A stretch of DNA of 64,000 nt from Alphaproteobacteria bacterium (GTDB lineage Bacteria; Pseudomonadota; Alphaproteobacteria; UBA7887). Below, piece by piece: positions 27,412 to 37,200 of this stretch. The notes beneath the pieces are model-generated. The model did not search any database and had not been told where the DNA came from. It saw nothing but the letters and a program-made list of their open reading frames with translations. Position numbers and translations under genes: made by a program. Each line of letters opens with the position of its first letter. Within the stretch, counting starts at the first letter, position 1. The stretch lies in contig CBDCGL010000011.1 of assembly GCA_965216755.1 (NCBI GenBank), forward strand, positions 4,736,001 through 4,800,000. The letters run 5' to 3'.

Positions 27412-27699
27412 ATGACGTTCACTGTTGCGGCCGCCTTATTGGCGGCTTTTTTATCGCCCATTTCCGCGCGCCCCGTGTGCGCGCCCCATGACGATGCCGT
27501 CGCCGCGTTGCGCGACCGCCATCAGGAAACACGTCAGGCCTTCGGCATGGGCACGGGCGGTCAGCGCTTGATGGAAATCTATGCCAGCGACTCGGGCGCG
27601 TTCACAGTCTTGATCACGGACGTCCGAGGTCTGGCGTGCGTGGTTATGGTGGGGGAAGGCTGGTCTGTCGACACCGTGCCGCAAGGGGACCCGTCATGA
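27412..27699 (+). CDS. Small secreted phage protein (two Cys)
   Basis: Signal peptide; C..H......L...H.E.....G......E...S..G.FT......G.AC....G..W. Confidence 0.7.
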   Translation: MTFTVAAALLAAFLSPISARPVCAPHDDAVAALRDRHQETRQAFGMGTGGQRLMEIYASDSGAFTVLITDVRGLACVVMVGEGWSVDTVPQGDPS

Positions 27700-27920
27700 A
27701 CATCGATGATCTGGCGCAACAGATCGGCCGGCTGCAAGGCGATGTGCAGTCCATGAGCTTGCGCTTGGCGCAACTGGAAGGCGACGTGCGGGCCTTGAAA
27801 GCCGTGGCCAACATCGGCAAAGGCGCGTTCTGGGTTGCCCTGAAACTGGGTGGCGGCTTGACGTTGATCGCAGCGGCTGCTTTCGGCGTGCGCGACTGGA
27901 TCAAGCATCTTTTTTCGTGA
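27696..27920 (+). CDS. Putative holin (coiled coil + one TM)
   Basis: IGRL.G.V coiled coil, C-terminal TM, directly before lysin. Confidence 0.55.
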   Translation: MNIDDLAQQIGRLQGDVQSMSLRLAQLEGDVRALKAVANIGKGAFWVALKLGGGLTLIAAAAFGVRDWIKHLFS

Positions 27921-27930
27921 GGCTCGAACG

Positions 27931-28587
27931 ATGATTGTACCACGTGGCATTCGCAACCATAACCCTGGCAATATCAAGCTCAGCCGCGATCGGTGGCAAG
28001 GGCTGGCGCCGGTGCAGGGAGATTCGACGTTCTTTCAGTTCACGGCACCGACCATGGGCATTCGGGCCCTGGCGCGGACGCTGATCACCTATCAAGATCG
28101 TCATGAACTGACGACCGTTCGGCAAATGATCAGTCGCTGGGCGCCGCCGGCTGATGGCAATCCCACGGAGCGCTACGTTCACTATGTCGGCGAATACATG
28201 CATGTTGCGCCGGACGCCTCGGTTGATATGCATCGTTTCGACGACGCCCGTGCCTTGGTCGAAGCCATAATTTGGTACGAAAACGGGCAGCAACCCTATG
28301 GCCCGCGGGTGATCGGCAAGGGTCTCATGCTGGCGGGGATCGAGCCGCCGTCACGTGATTTGCGCATGTCGCGCACGGTGCGCGGCGGCCAGGCCGCCGT
28401 GGCGGCGACAGTCGGCAGCGGGATCATCGCGGCCGTTGACGACATTTCCCAGTCGGCGAAAACCGAACTTATAGGTCTGCTGCCGTTTCTGCCATGGCTG
28501 AAATATGCCTTGCTTATTTTCATTCTGGCCGGACTCGGCGCCATGCTGTGGGCGCGCGTCGACGATCACCGGCGGGGGTTGCGCTGA
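27931..28587 (+). CDS. Putative endolysin (structural protein P5-like) with C-terminal membrane segments
   Basis: PRGIRNHNPGNI, GIRA....L..Y, RWAPP..N.T..Y, AII..ENG. Confidence 0.75.
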   Translation: MIVPRGIRNHNPGNIKLSRDRWQGLAPVQGDSTFFQFTAPTMGIRALARTLITYQDRHELTTVRQMISRWAPPADGNPTERYVHYVGEYMHVAPDASVDMHRFDDARALVEAIIWYENGQQPYGPRVIGKGLMLAGIEPPSRDLRMSRTVRGGQAAVAATVGSGIIAAVDDISQSAKTELIGLLPFLPWLKYALLIFILAGLGAMLWARVDDHRRGLR

Positions 28588-29057
28588 TGATTGGCGCGAT
28601 CGGTCGGCTGCTGATGGGTGGCGGCATGCGCTGGATGCTCATCGCTGCGATTGTCGGCGGCGGCGTCATCTATGGCTGGTGGCAACAACAACGGGTGGCG
28701 AGCTTGCGCGGCCAATTGGCCGTTACCGAGGCCCGTGTCGGTCAAGCCGATGCCGCTTTGGCAAACTTGCTCACGCAACGCGCCGACGAAGCAGAACGAC
28801 TCATAAACTTGCGAAGGAACTTGGCGACAGCCGATGCGGAAAACCAAAGAGCACAAGCGCAGATCGACACGCTGCGGGCAACCATTGAAACCGAACTGGC
28901 GACGGATCCGGATGCATTTGCACGTGGTGCCACTTGCCGTCTTAATCGGATCCTGCACGGCCTCCACCACGCCAGTGGTGGTAACGCCGCCACCGGCGTT
29001 ACCGGTTGCGGCGCCGACGCCGATCCGCCCTTGCGCGGTGACGGTGACCGCAGATAA
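28587..29057 (+). CDS. Inner-membrane spanin (Rz-like)
   Basis: N-terminal TM + coiled coil; TGATG coupling to lysin. Confidence 0.7.
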   Translation: MIGAIGRLLMGGGMRWMLIAAIVGGGVIYGWWQQQRVASLRGQLAVTEARVGQADAALANLLTQRADEAERLINLRRNLATADAENQRAQAQIDTLRATIETELATDPDAFARGATCRLNRILHGLHHASGGNAATGVTGCGADADPPLRGDGDRR

Positions 29058-29175
29058 CTCAACTGTTCGTTTGTCACCACAAGATTGGCTGACCTTGGAA
29101 GCGTGTTTGGCCGACGCCGCGCGCTACGTACGCCAGCTGCGCGATATTCAGGAAATCGAAAATTCGGCGCGTTAG
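28912..29175 (+). CDS. Outer-membrane lipoprotein spanin (Rz1-like)
   Basis: Overlaps Rz in another frame; lipobox LIGSC; Pro-rich. Confidence 0.65.
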   Translation: MHLHVVPLAVLIGSCTASTTPVVVTPPPALPVAAPTPIRPCAVTVTADNSTVRLSPQDWLTLEACLADAARYVRQLRDIQEIENSAR

Positions 29176-29189
29176 TTCGGTCGGCGGCA

Positions 29190-29530
29190 GGATCCCCTCT
29201 GTCAGTGGGCGAAAATGCTGGCGAGGAAGTACCAATATGACGACACATAGAAACCAAGGTCCGGAATGGAAACAAAGAAACCCAGACGGCCAAAAAACAA
29301 ATGGCGAGAATGTTCAAGGCCGATGTGGCGATCATGACCGAACGAATTCTTTCGCATTCAATGAGCATGTAAACATTCGAGACGACAACCATGAAGGCCG
29401 TGACGTAAATCATCGCCCAAAAGGTCAGTGTACCAGGGACCCAAAGCAGATAAGATCGATCAACCGCAAACGGAATGGCGACATTGGTTAGCGTCCACGT
29501 TGTCGATAATTGCCGGTCTACGCGTTCCAT
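29190..29530 (-). CDS. Three-TM protein, family D copy 1 (frame stays open into the spanins; true end uncertain)
   Basis: TW...NV..PF, IYV..F...VSN..M.IE...RS.MI....LN shared with 29567-29959; RBS AGGAAG. Confidence 0.5.
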
Positions 29531-29566
29531 CTTCCTTCCCTCAAAAGAAAACGGTTGATTTCCCGC

Positions 29567-29959
29567 TTAGCGATTTGCATGGTGCCACGATAAGGCCCAG
29601 TGTGTCGACTGGAAGTTCGGAAGCAGGACGATCGTGCCAAAGAATCCCGGATGATGTAGGAAAACGAAAGAAGACAGGTTGAGCAACAAGACCAAAATCA
29701 TGAATGATCTACGTGGGCGATGCTCAATTATCATGGCAATATTGCTGACGGTCATAACAAAAACGACAACATAGATGGCCAAAGGATACAGATAATAGTG
29801 AAACGATTCGTGTTTAGACCAGTGAATGACCATAAATGGCAAGACAACGTTCACGATCATCCACGTTGGCGCGAAAGTTAGAGCAGTGTCAGACAATATT
29901 GAACCATTCTGTTCGCGGCCCGGCGTCGCGAGCCGCCCGACTAATGTGGTCGTCCACAT
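29567..29959 (-). CDS. Three-TM protein, family D copy 2
   Basis: Paralogue of adjacent ORF; lower GC. Confidence 0.55.
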   Translation of the reverse strand: MWTTTLVGRLATPGREQNGSILSDTALTFAPTWMIVNVVLPFMVIHWSKHESFHYYLYPLAIYVVVFVMTVSNIAMIIEHRPRRSFMILVLLLNLSSFVFLHHPGFFGTIVLLPNFQSTHWALSWHHANR

Positions 29960-30497
29960 GGATTCTCATTGGGGGTCGCCCGCAGTTTGCGAACCCGCGG
30001 GGCCGGGCGCATTTCCGCCAATCTCGGCGTCGCTGTCCTTGGCCGTATTCCCGATACGCCCCGCGGACAGCGACTTGATCTTGACAGAAATGCGCTGCGG
30101 CAGAATGATTCAATATTGTCTGACACTGCTCTGCAGTGTTGCTGACGTCATGAGAGCGACGACCGTCGATATCTATTTTTCCAATCCGCGCGAACCAAAA
30201 TCTTCAATAACGAACAGCTTTGTGGACGCATTGTCCTGATGCCCGCGCATTGCACCGCTCAAATCCGGACCAAGCGCCAGGAGAATGAAAGCCTGTTCAT
30301 CCAACACAACGGCGCATACCGGCCACTCTCACGCCGCACGCCAAAACGACCGCGACCGGGCAGTCTTTCCAATTCCCCTACGCGCCACCGTAACAGCAAA
30401 CACCTATGTGCACGGCGCCAATAGCCCGGCGATCATGAGTTGACCAATGACGAAATTATAACGGACGCTGTCGCGTATGGGAAGTGATTCGTTCGAT

Positions 30498-31307
30498 TTA
30501 TGTTCCTGTGAATTCCGGTTTGCGTTTTTCGTGAAAGGCTTCGACACCTTCGCGGAAATCGTCGGAACAGCGCAAGCGTCCATAGGCTTGCCCTTCGATC
30601 TCGATGGCGGCGTGCAGCGGCGCGTCTTGGGCGGCGGCGAGCACGCCCTTGATGGTGCGTTGTGCCAGGGGCGAGAATTGGCGCAGTTCTTCGACCAATT
30701 CGTCGGTCGCTTTTTCCAGGGAGTCATCCGTGACGCACGCGGTCACAATACCCCAGGCCTCGGCGGTCTTGGCGGGGAGACGCCGGCTGCGCATGACCAT
30801 GTCCTTGGTGCGTCCCATGCCAATCATATTCAGCAGGCGAGCCGAACCGCCGGAGCCGGGGATCATGCCAATGCGTTGCTCAGGTAATGAAAACACGGCC
30901 GTTTCAGACGCAAGACGAAAATCGCACGCCAGCGAAAGTTCGAAGCCAACGCCAAAGCAGTATCCACGGACGGCCGCGACCACGGGCTTGTGACAACGTT
31001 CTGCAGCAGCGATGTTCCACGCCAATCGCGATACGGTTTCCGGCGTTGCTTCCAAAAACCCGCGGATATCACCACCGCTGGAAAAATTCTTGCCCTCGGC
31101 CCGCACCACGATTACGCGTATGCGGTCGTCACGATCAAGTTCGTCAAAGACGGCGGCGAGTTGGTCGCGCTGCGGCATGCGGACGATATTCAGTGGCGGG
31201 CGGTCAAGAACGATGTCGGCGCGTTGACGATTGGTGTCAAGCTCGACACGAAAACCATCCAAAGTTTCGAGCAATTTCACCCACGCAGTCTTAAGGTTTT
31301 CCGGCAC
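30498..31307 (-). CDS. hmfE: 2-oxoglutaroyl-CoA hydrolase (crotonase family)
   Basis: LDGFRVE.D....RADI.LDRPPLN...MPQRDQL, FSSGG.I.GFLEA, GVGFELSLACD; operon context. Confidence 0.75.
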   Translation of the reverse strand: MPENLKTAWVKLLETLDGFRVELDTNRQRADIVLDRPPLNIVRMPQRDQLAAVFDELDRDDRIRVIVVRAEGKNFSSGGDIRGFLEATPETVSRLAWNIAAAERCHKPVVAAVRGYCFGVGFELSLACDFRLASETAVFSLPEQRIGMIPGSGGSARLLNMIGMGRTKDMVMRSRRLPAKTAEAWGIVTACVTDDSLEKATDELVEELRQFSPLAQRTIKGVLAAAQDAPLHAAIEIEGQAYGRLRCSDDFREGVEAFHEKRKPEFTGT

Positions 31308-31309
31308 GT

Positions 31310-32866
31310 TTATTTCCTTTGTTCTGCGAAATCGGTTTGCCAATCCGGTGGTAAAGTCGTGGCTTCGCCAGCCAAAAGCTTGTGACGCAAGAGTTTTCCT
31401 ACAGGCGATCGCGGCAACGCCGCGACAAAGACATACTGCCGCGGGCGCTTGAAATCTGCCAGGGCGGAGGCGCGGCAGTGGCTATCCAGGGCTGCCTGAT
31501 CGACCGCGGCAGCGGGTTTAATATAGGCAGCCACCCGATTTCCCCAGCGCGGATCGGGCAAGCCGACAACGGCCACTTCGGCGACCGCTGGATGCAATGA
31601 CAAAACGTCTTCAACTTCAGTGGGCATAACGTTTTCACCGCCGGTGATGATCATGTCGTCGACGCGCCCGGTGACAAATAAGTCGCCCTCACCGTCGAAA
31701 TAGCCAATGTCGCCGGTAAAGTACCAGCCATGGCGCAGCGCCTTGGCATCGGCGTCCGGCCGGCGCCAATAGCCGCGAAAAGCTTCGTCACTGCCTAGCC
31801 AGGCGATGATTTGTCCTTCGGTGCCCGGGTCGACACGGGCGTTCGGATCATCGCGGTCGAGCGCGACGACGCGGAGACGTTGATTGAGCCCGGCCTTGCC
31901 AGCCGCACCGGGTTTGTCGGCAGCATCTTGTGAGATCGAAAACGTGTAGATCTCGGAAGAGCCGTAGTGATTGACAAACAGGTCTGGTCGAAAGGTGTGT
32001 TGAAGTTTCTGCATTAAGCCTGCGGTCATCGACGCGCCGGCAAATCCCAACTTACGGACACTGGTGATGTCACTTTCGGCAAACGCCGGGTCTTCGATCA
32101 GGTCGTGATAGAGCGTCGGCACGAGGTATAGATGGGTAACATGTTCTTGAGCGATAAGCCGGAGCGCCGTCGTCGAGTCAAAACGTGGCTGGCAAATGTA
32201 GACACCGTTGGTCAGCGCCATCGACAGCAACGTACGCACACCCATGGTGTGGTAGAGGGGCATCACGCCTAAGGCGCATTCACCAAATCCATAACGGTTT
32301 TGGGCGATATGGGCGATGGCTGCGGCGCGCTCCGCGCCGTGAGTGCGCGGCACACCCTTGCCGGGCCCCGTCGTGCCGGATGTGTATAGCATCAGCGACA
32401 CTTCGTCGGCTGTCGCTTGGGGCGTGACGAGCGGCTTCGAGTCCAGCAACAAGTCAAAAGACACGGCATCGTGTGCATCTTGGTCGACCGCGATCCGCCG
32501 GAGGCGCAGTGCCTGCGCGGTGCTTGTGACGGACGCCGCTGACGAATGGTCGAACGCCACGCCGCGCGCAGCCGAATCGCGCAGCAAAACCGCCAGGTCA
32601 TCGCCTTTCAGCCGCCAATTGAGCGGCGTGATGATTACACCGCAAATTTGGCACGCCCAGTGTAACGTGGCCATTTGCCAATTATTTTGCATGACAACAG
32701 CCAAGCGATCGCCCTTCTTAAGGCCGAGCGCCGCCAAGCCCCCGGCGACCGTCGTTATGCGTTGAAACCAATTTTCATAGGTCAGGCGTACATCACCGTC
32801 GACCAGGGCCAAGGCGCCCGGATGACGCTCGACCGAAGCCAAGAAGCTGTGGCCGAGATCAAACAT
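31310..32866 (-). CDS. hmfD: 2-furoate-CoA ligase
   Basis: LYTSGTTG..KGV, YGSSE, TGD, PRSPVGK; operon context. Confidence 0.75.
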   Translation of the reverse strand: MFDLGHSFLASVERHPGALALVDGDVRLTYENWFQRITTVAGGLAALGLKKGDRLAVVMQNNWQMATLHWACQICGVIITPLNWRLKGDDLAVLLRDSAARGVAFDHSSAASVTSTAQALRLRRIAVDQDAHDAVSFDLLLDSKPLVTPQATADEVSLMLYTSGTTGPGKGVPRTHGAERAAAIAHIAQNRYGFGECALGVMPLYHTMGVRTLLSMALTNGVYICQPRFDSTTALRLIAQEHVTHLYLVPTLYHDLIEDPAFAESDITSVRKLGFAGASMTAGLMQKLQHTFRPDLFVNHYGSSEIYTFSISQDAADKPGAAGKAGLNQRLRVVALDRDDPNARVDPGTEGQIIAWLGSDEAFRGYWRRPDADAKALRHGWYFTGDIGYFDGEGDLFVTGRVDDMIITGGENVMPTEVEDVLSLHPAVAEVAVVGLPDPRWGNRVAAYIKPAAAVDQAALDSHCRASALADFKRPRQYVFVAALPRSPVGKLLRHKLLAGEATTLPPDWQTDFAEQRK

Positions 32867-33365
32867 TGTCGTTGACTTTGTTGTCGGCGGCGCACGCCAT
32901 CGCGGCGTCGACGATCGGTGCGTAGCCAGTGCAGCGGCACAGATGGCCACTCAGGACATCTCGGATTGCTGTTTCATCCGGGCAGGCGTTGCGCGCGAAC
33001 AGGTCCGAAAATGACATGAGAATCCCGGCTGTGCAGTAGCCGCATTGCAGGGCGTGGTGGGTGCGAAACGCTTCTTGAAGCGGGGTCAACTTGCTGGGAT
33101 TGTCGGCGAGGCCCTCAACCGTCTCGATTGTGCAGCCGTCCGCTTGCACGGCGAGCATTAGGCATGAGCGGACTGCTTGGCCATCAACACGCACGGTGCA
33201 GGCCCCACAGACACCGTGCTCACAACCGACATGCGTGCCCGTGGCGCCAAGCGTGTGGCGCAAAAAATCGGATAGCAATAAGCGCGGCTCGGCCGCGGCC
33301 GTCACGGACCTGCCATTTAGGATGAAGCGCACGCGGTGGTATGCATCGTGCTTCAGTTCACGCAT
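32859..33365 (-). CDS. hmfC: 2-furoyl-CoA dehydrogenase 2Fe-2S subunit
   Basis: GCEHGVCGACT, QCGYCT.G, LCRCTGY. Confidence 0.8.
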   Translation of the reverse strand: MRELKHDAYHRVRFILNGRSVTAAAEPRLLLSDFLRHTLGATGTHVGCEHGVCGACTVRVDGQAVRSCLMLAVQADGCTIETVEGLADNPSKLTPLQEAFRTHHALQCGYCTAGILMSFSDLFARNACPDETAIRDVLSGHLCRCTGYAPIVDAAMACAADNKVNDNV

Positions 33366-34177
33366 GATGCCGCTCTCTCGATCACACGCTGGCCCAAGCG
33401 GCGAATCAAATGGCGCTTGTAGCGCGCTTGTTCATCTCTGCTCTGCGGCAGCAGCCGCCAGGCGAGTTCGTTCAGATGATCGGACGTGTCCGAATTTGGA
33501 CCTTTCGGAAAAGTAAGACACGTCGGTCGATCAGCGGCGCCGGCAACGGTCATGCGCACGCGGGTGGGATCGACCACCGCCGCGACAGCGATGGTGGCAT
33601 AGTCACCATGACGCAAGCCAACTTCGTCGAAGGCGTAGCCGGTGTCGGGTTTGGCGCACGGAAAAGAAACGGATTCGACTATTTCGTCGTCACGACAAGC
33701 TGTTTGCAGGGCGCCCTGGAAGAAGTCACGCGCCGCGACCGATCGACGTCCCTGTGTCGAAAGCAGATTCACGGTTCCGTCAAGAGCGGTGAGACACAGC
33801 GGTAATTCCGCCGTCGGATCGGCATGGGCAATGGATCCGCATACCGTCCCGCGCGCCCGTGTTTGCGGGTGGCCGACGAATGGCAGAGATTGGGAAATCA
33901 AAGGCACAGCTTGACTTAGACCGGCGTAATCCAGTAACTCCCTTTGTTTTACGATACACGTAACATGCAATCGGCTTTCAGATTGCCAAATAGAACGGTT
34001 GCTATCTATAGCGGAAATATCTATTAGGTAACTTGAGGATAATAGACGCATATTCAGCATCGCTATAAGTGTTTGTCCACCAGATAGGATACGAGCGTCC
34101 ATTCCATAGTTGGATAATAAATTGGCGGCTTCATCAAGATTGTCTACCCGAATATAGGAAATGGGCGGCGGCTTCAT
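33353..34177 (-). CDS. hmfB: 2-furoyl-CoA dehydrogenase FAD subunit
   Basis: MKPP...Y, GGQTL...LNMRL, HPQTRARGT.CGS.AHADP.AE. Confidence 0.8.
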   Translation of the reverse strand: MKPPPISYIRVDNLDEAANLLSNYGMDARILSGGQTLIAMLNMRLLSSSYLIDISAIDSNRSIWQSESRLHVTCIVKQRELLDYAGLSQAVPLISQSLPFVGHPQTRARGTVCGSIAHADPTAELPLCLTALDGTVNLLSTQGRRSVAARDFFQGALQTACRDDEIVESVSFPCAKPDTGYAFDEVGLRHGDYATIAVAAVVDPTRVRMTVAGAADRPTCLTFPKGPNSDTSDHLNELAWRLLPQSRDEQARYKRHLIRRLGQRVIERAASCVN

Positions 34178-37100
34178 GTTTCTAGCCCCAGCCATTTGCG
34201 TATACGAGACCACCAGGATCGACTCAGTCGCTTTTGCTGTTCATCGGTGGCGGTCAAACGCGCAAACGTCGCGGCGACGAGATGATCGGCCGCGTTTTGC
34301 AACATGCGACCTCCGACCGCTGCAATTCGTCCTCCGATATTCGTCTCGTACTCGTAAGCGACACGCGTTCCCGTGGGTATCGGCGTCAAACGAATTCGGG
34401 CGACACCATGCGCAGACCCAAGGGCCCCCGAGATATCTCCTGAAAGAGTCAGGGCGCGAGGCGAATCGAGGTCAGTGAGACGAATATCGCCGGAGAAACG
34501 ACCACGCACCGGGCCCAGTCCCAATGCAGCCTCACCCTGGTAGTGGGTTTCGCTCAAGCGTTCAAGGTGGCGGCAACCAGGAATTGCCGCGCGAAGCGCG
34601 TCGGGCGATAGCATACGTTGCCATAGAGAATTCGGCTCCGAGGCGACATCGATCGTGCCGTTGCCTCGAAGTCCGCCTGCGGTTGCGCTTGGGTCGGAAG
34701 TGTCTGGCGCCGTTGTCGTTAGCGACTGTGGTGCTGCCGGTTCAGTGTCGTTGAGCAGAGCGATGACCCGTTGCGGTGTCAATGGGAGCACGATATCCTC
34801 CACACTCAGCGCGTCGGCAACCGCGTTGGCAAGGCAAACCGGTGTCGACATGGAATTGCCTTCACCAATCCCCTTGGCGCCAAGCGGCGTGACGGGCGAG
34901 GGCGTCTCGGTATGGATAATCTCAGGACGTGGTATTTCGTGTACCGTCGGCACCGCATAATCTGCGAACGTTCCTGATTGAAAGCTTCCATCGGGAAGAT
35001 AGCGAAACTCCTCGTATAGCGCCGCACCAACGGCCTGTGCAAATCCGCCGCGAATTTGGCCGTCGGCCATGGCTGGGTGTAGCAGCCGACCGGCATCATG
35101 GGTGGTCACATAGCGGTCAACATGAACGCGACCAGTATCTCGATCGATCTCAACGCCACAAAAGTCGAAAATGAACCCATAGGCAGCCGAGCTATTGATC
35201 TCGTCGTCGGCGGTGGGCGCGGTGAGTTCGGGCGGTGACCAGAACGCGGTTTCCCGAAGGGCCGGTACGTTTTCCTCCGGCAACGTGCCAGGGGCCCAAT
35301 GGCTGGTGCCAGCGACGCGATGAAAGGGTACTGCATTGGATGGATTGCCCGCGGCATAGACTTTGCCGTCGGCGTAGCGGACCGCGCTGGCATCGATATT
35401 CAACGATGCCGCAGCAATACGGGAGATTTTGTCGCGCAGACGGATCGCGGCCAGATGGACGGTGCCGGCGACCGCCGGCGCAAAACGACTGGAATAATTG
35501 CCGGCGGCGATCGACCAGGCGTCCTTGGTCGTGTCGAATTCCAGGTTGACGGTGACCTGCTCAGGGGCAAGGCCGAACGTATCTGCAACAATTTGTGCGC
35601 ATACGGTTGCGTGACCCTGGCCTTGGGGGGTCGATGCCGTGGTTACGGCCAAACCACCAAGTGGATCGACGGCAATTGTGGCGCAGGCATAAGCACCGTT
35701 TTTTGGACCGGCGCGACGACGTTCCTCGGCCGTCAGCACCGTCGTGATGTAGCCCATGTTGGAAACGCTGGGCTCGACAATCGCTGCATAACCGATTCCA
35801 TAGAGCCGCCCCGCGGCGCGCGCGACGTCACGCTTCTGCAGCAGCGCGGCCAAATCGCCGTCGCGCTCACCTTGCGCGACCGTGTTGAGGAAATCGCCGG
35901 AGTCGAGGCGTGCGCCCGACGGCGTCTGATATGGAAAGCGATCGGTGGGAACCAGATTGCGGCGCACAACGGTGAGCGGATCAAGCCCAAGCGTGGCCGC
36001 AATCTTTTGCACAAGCCGCTCCAAGGCGAAATAAAGTTGCGGTCCCCCGAAGCCGCGGTTCAGACCGCTCGGTGTCTTATTGGTAAGAACGACTCTGTTA
36101 CGAACACGAATATGACGCACGGCATAGGCGCCCGAAAGATTCCCGTGCATACGATAAAGTGAGGCCGGTTCGGGCGCGCGCAAGTAGGCGCCACAATCGT
36201 CGAGCTGATCATAGTTCAACGCTGTGATGGTGCCGTCGGCCGTGACCGCGGCGGCGAGTGTCGTGACGCGGTTGGTGGCGGTATTCGCGGCCATCAGATG
36301 TTCGAGGCGATCTTCAACCCATTTGACCGGCCGTCGAATGATCCGCGCTGCAAGTGCGGCGGCGACGATATAGGGAAAGACGCCTTGCTTGACGCCGAAA
36401 CTGCCCCCGGACGCGGGCGGCGTGCGCAGCCGGAGTTTGTTGCTGGGCACCTTTAAGGCCATCGCCATGACGGGATGCAGAGCGAATGGTCCCTGAAAGT
36501 TTGAAACCACGTCATAGCCGTCATTCACAACATCATATTCCGCGTTCACGAAGAAACCTTCGATAGGCGTACAGCTGTTGCGCGGATAGCGGACCGTGAT
36601 GGCGATTTGATGGTCGGCGTCAGTGAACGCTTGATCCGGATCCCCATGAACGAACCGGCGATCGGATACCACATTGGTGCTCACGTCGTCATGCAATAGC
36701 GGCGCGTCGTCTGCCGCGGCCGCTTCCGGGTCGATAACGACAGAGCGCGGCGTATAGGTCACGCGCAGTTCTTCGGCCGCGTCCTCTGCCGCATAGCGAT
36801 TTTCCGCCAGCACTATCGCAACCGGTTCGCCGACATAGCGAACCCGATCCATAGCGAGGCACCAATGGTGCATTGGCTGCTTGACGCCGACCACGAACGG
36901 CTTGCTCAGCGGGGCGATGTCGTCCCCGGTAATGACGGCGATGACGCCGGGGCAGGCGCGGGCAGCGCTGCAGTCGATGGCGTCAATGTCGGCATGAGCA
37001 TGGGGGGCGCGCGCAAACACCGCGTGGGCGGTGTCCGCACGCACCGGTAAATCGTCGCCGAACCGCGCCCGCCCGGTAAGAAGACCAAGATCTTCGCGGC

Positions 37101-37200
37101 GAGCGACCGACCGGCCGAGCGCTCGCGGCCCTACACTCTCAGTTTCGGCGGATTCCACCATGATTGTTTTCCGGGCAGGTGGGGGTCGATTGTTAGCCAA
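34174..37200 (-). CDS. hmfA: 2-furoyl-CoA dehydrogenase molybdopterin subunit with C-terminal CoxG-like domain
   Basis: GGSFG.K, RGFGGPQ, GQGH.T, QIRGG, AKGIGE; CoxG-like IPGC tail; start uncertain. Confidence 0.8.
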   Translation of the reverse strand: MANNRPPPARKTIMVESAETESVGPRALGRSVARREDLGLLTGRARFGDDLPVRADTAHAVFARAPHAHADIDAIDCSAARACPGVIAVITGDDIAPLSKPFVVGVKQPMHHWCLAMDRVRYVGEPVAIVLAENRYAAEDAAEELRVTYTPRSVVIDPEAAAADDAPLLHDDVSTNVVSDRRFVHGDPDQAFTDADHQIAITVRYPRNSCTPIEGFFVNAEYDVVNDGYDVVSNFQGPFALHPVMAMALKVPSNKLRLRTPPASGGSFGVKQGVFPYIVAAALAARIIRRPVKWVEDRLEHLMAANTATNRVTTLAAAVTADGTITALNYDQLDDCGAYLRAPEPASLYRMHGNLSGAYAVRHIRVRNRVVLTNKTPSGLNRGFGGPQLYFALERLVQKIAATLGLDPLTVVRRNLVPTDRFPYQTPSGARLDSGDFLNTVAQGERDGDLAALLQKRDVARAAGRLYGIGYAAIVEPSVSNMGYITTVLTAEERRRAGPKNGAYACATIAVDPLGGLAVTTASTPQGQGHATVCAQIVADTFGLAPEQVTVNLEFDTTKDAWSIAAGNYSSRFAPAVAGTVHLAAIRLRDKISRIAAASLNIDASAVRYADGKVYAAGNPSNAVPFHRVAGTSHWAPGTLPEENVPALRETAFWSPPELTAPTADDEINSSAAYGFIFDFCGVEIDRDTGRVHVDRYVTTHDAGRLLHPAMADGQIRGGFAQAVGAALYEEFRYLPDGSFQSGTFADYAVPTVHEIPRPEIIHTETPSPVTPLGAKGIGEGNSMSTPVCLANAVADALSVEDIVLPLTPQRVIALLNDTEPAAPQSLTTTAPDTSDPSATAGGLRGNGTIDVASEPNSLWQRMLSPDALRAAIPGCRHLERLSETHYQGEAALGLGPVRGRFSGDIRLTDLDSPRALTLSGDISGALGSAHGVARIRLTPIPTGTRVAYEYETNIGGRIAAVGGRMLQNAADHLVAATFARLTATDEQQKRLSRSWWSRIRKWLGLET

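Noticed and set aside
8775-29175. RcGTA-type cluster, tailocin or eCIS
   Set aside because: No tape measure, major tail, sheath or baseplate genes; head plus adaptor/nozzle indicates a short-tailed particle
3185-30400. Complete inducible prophage with att sites
   Set aside because: No integrase or replication genes and no boundary direct repeat seen by eye
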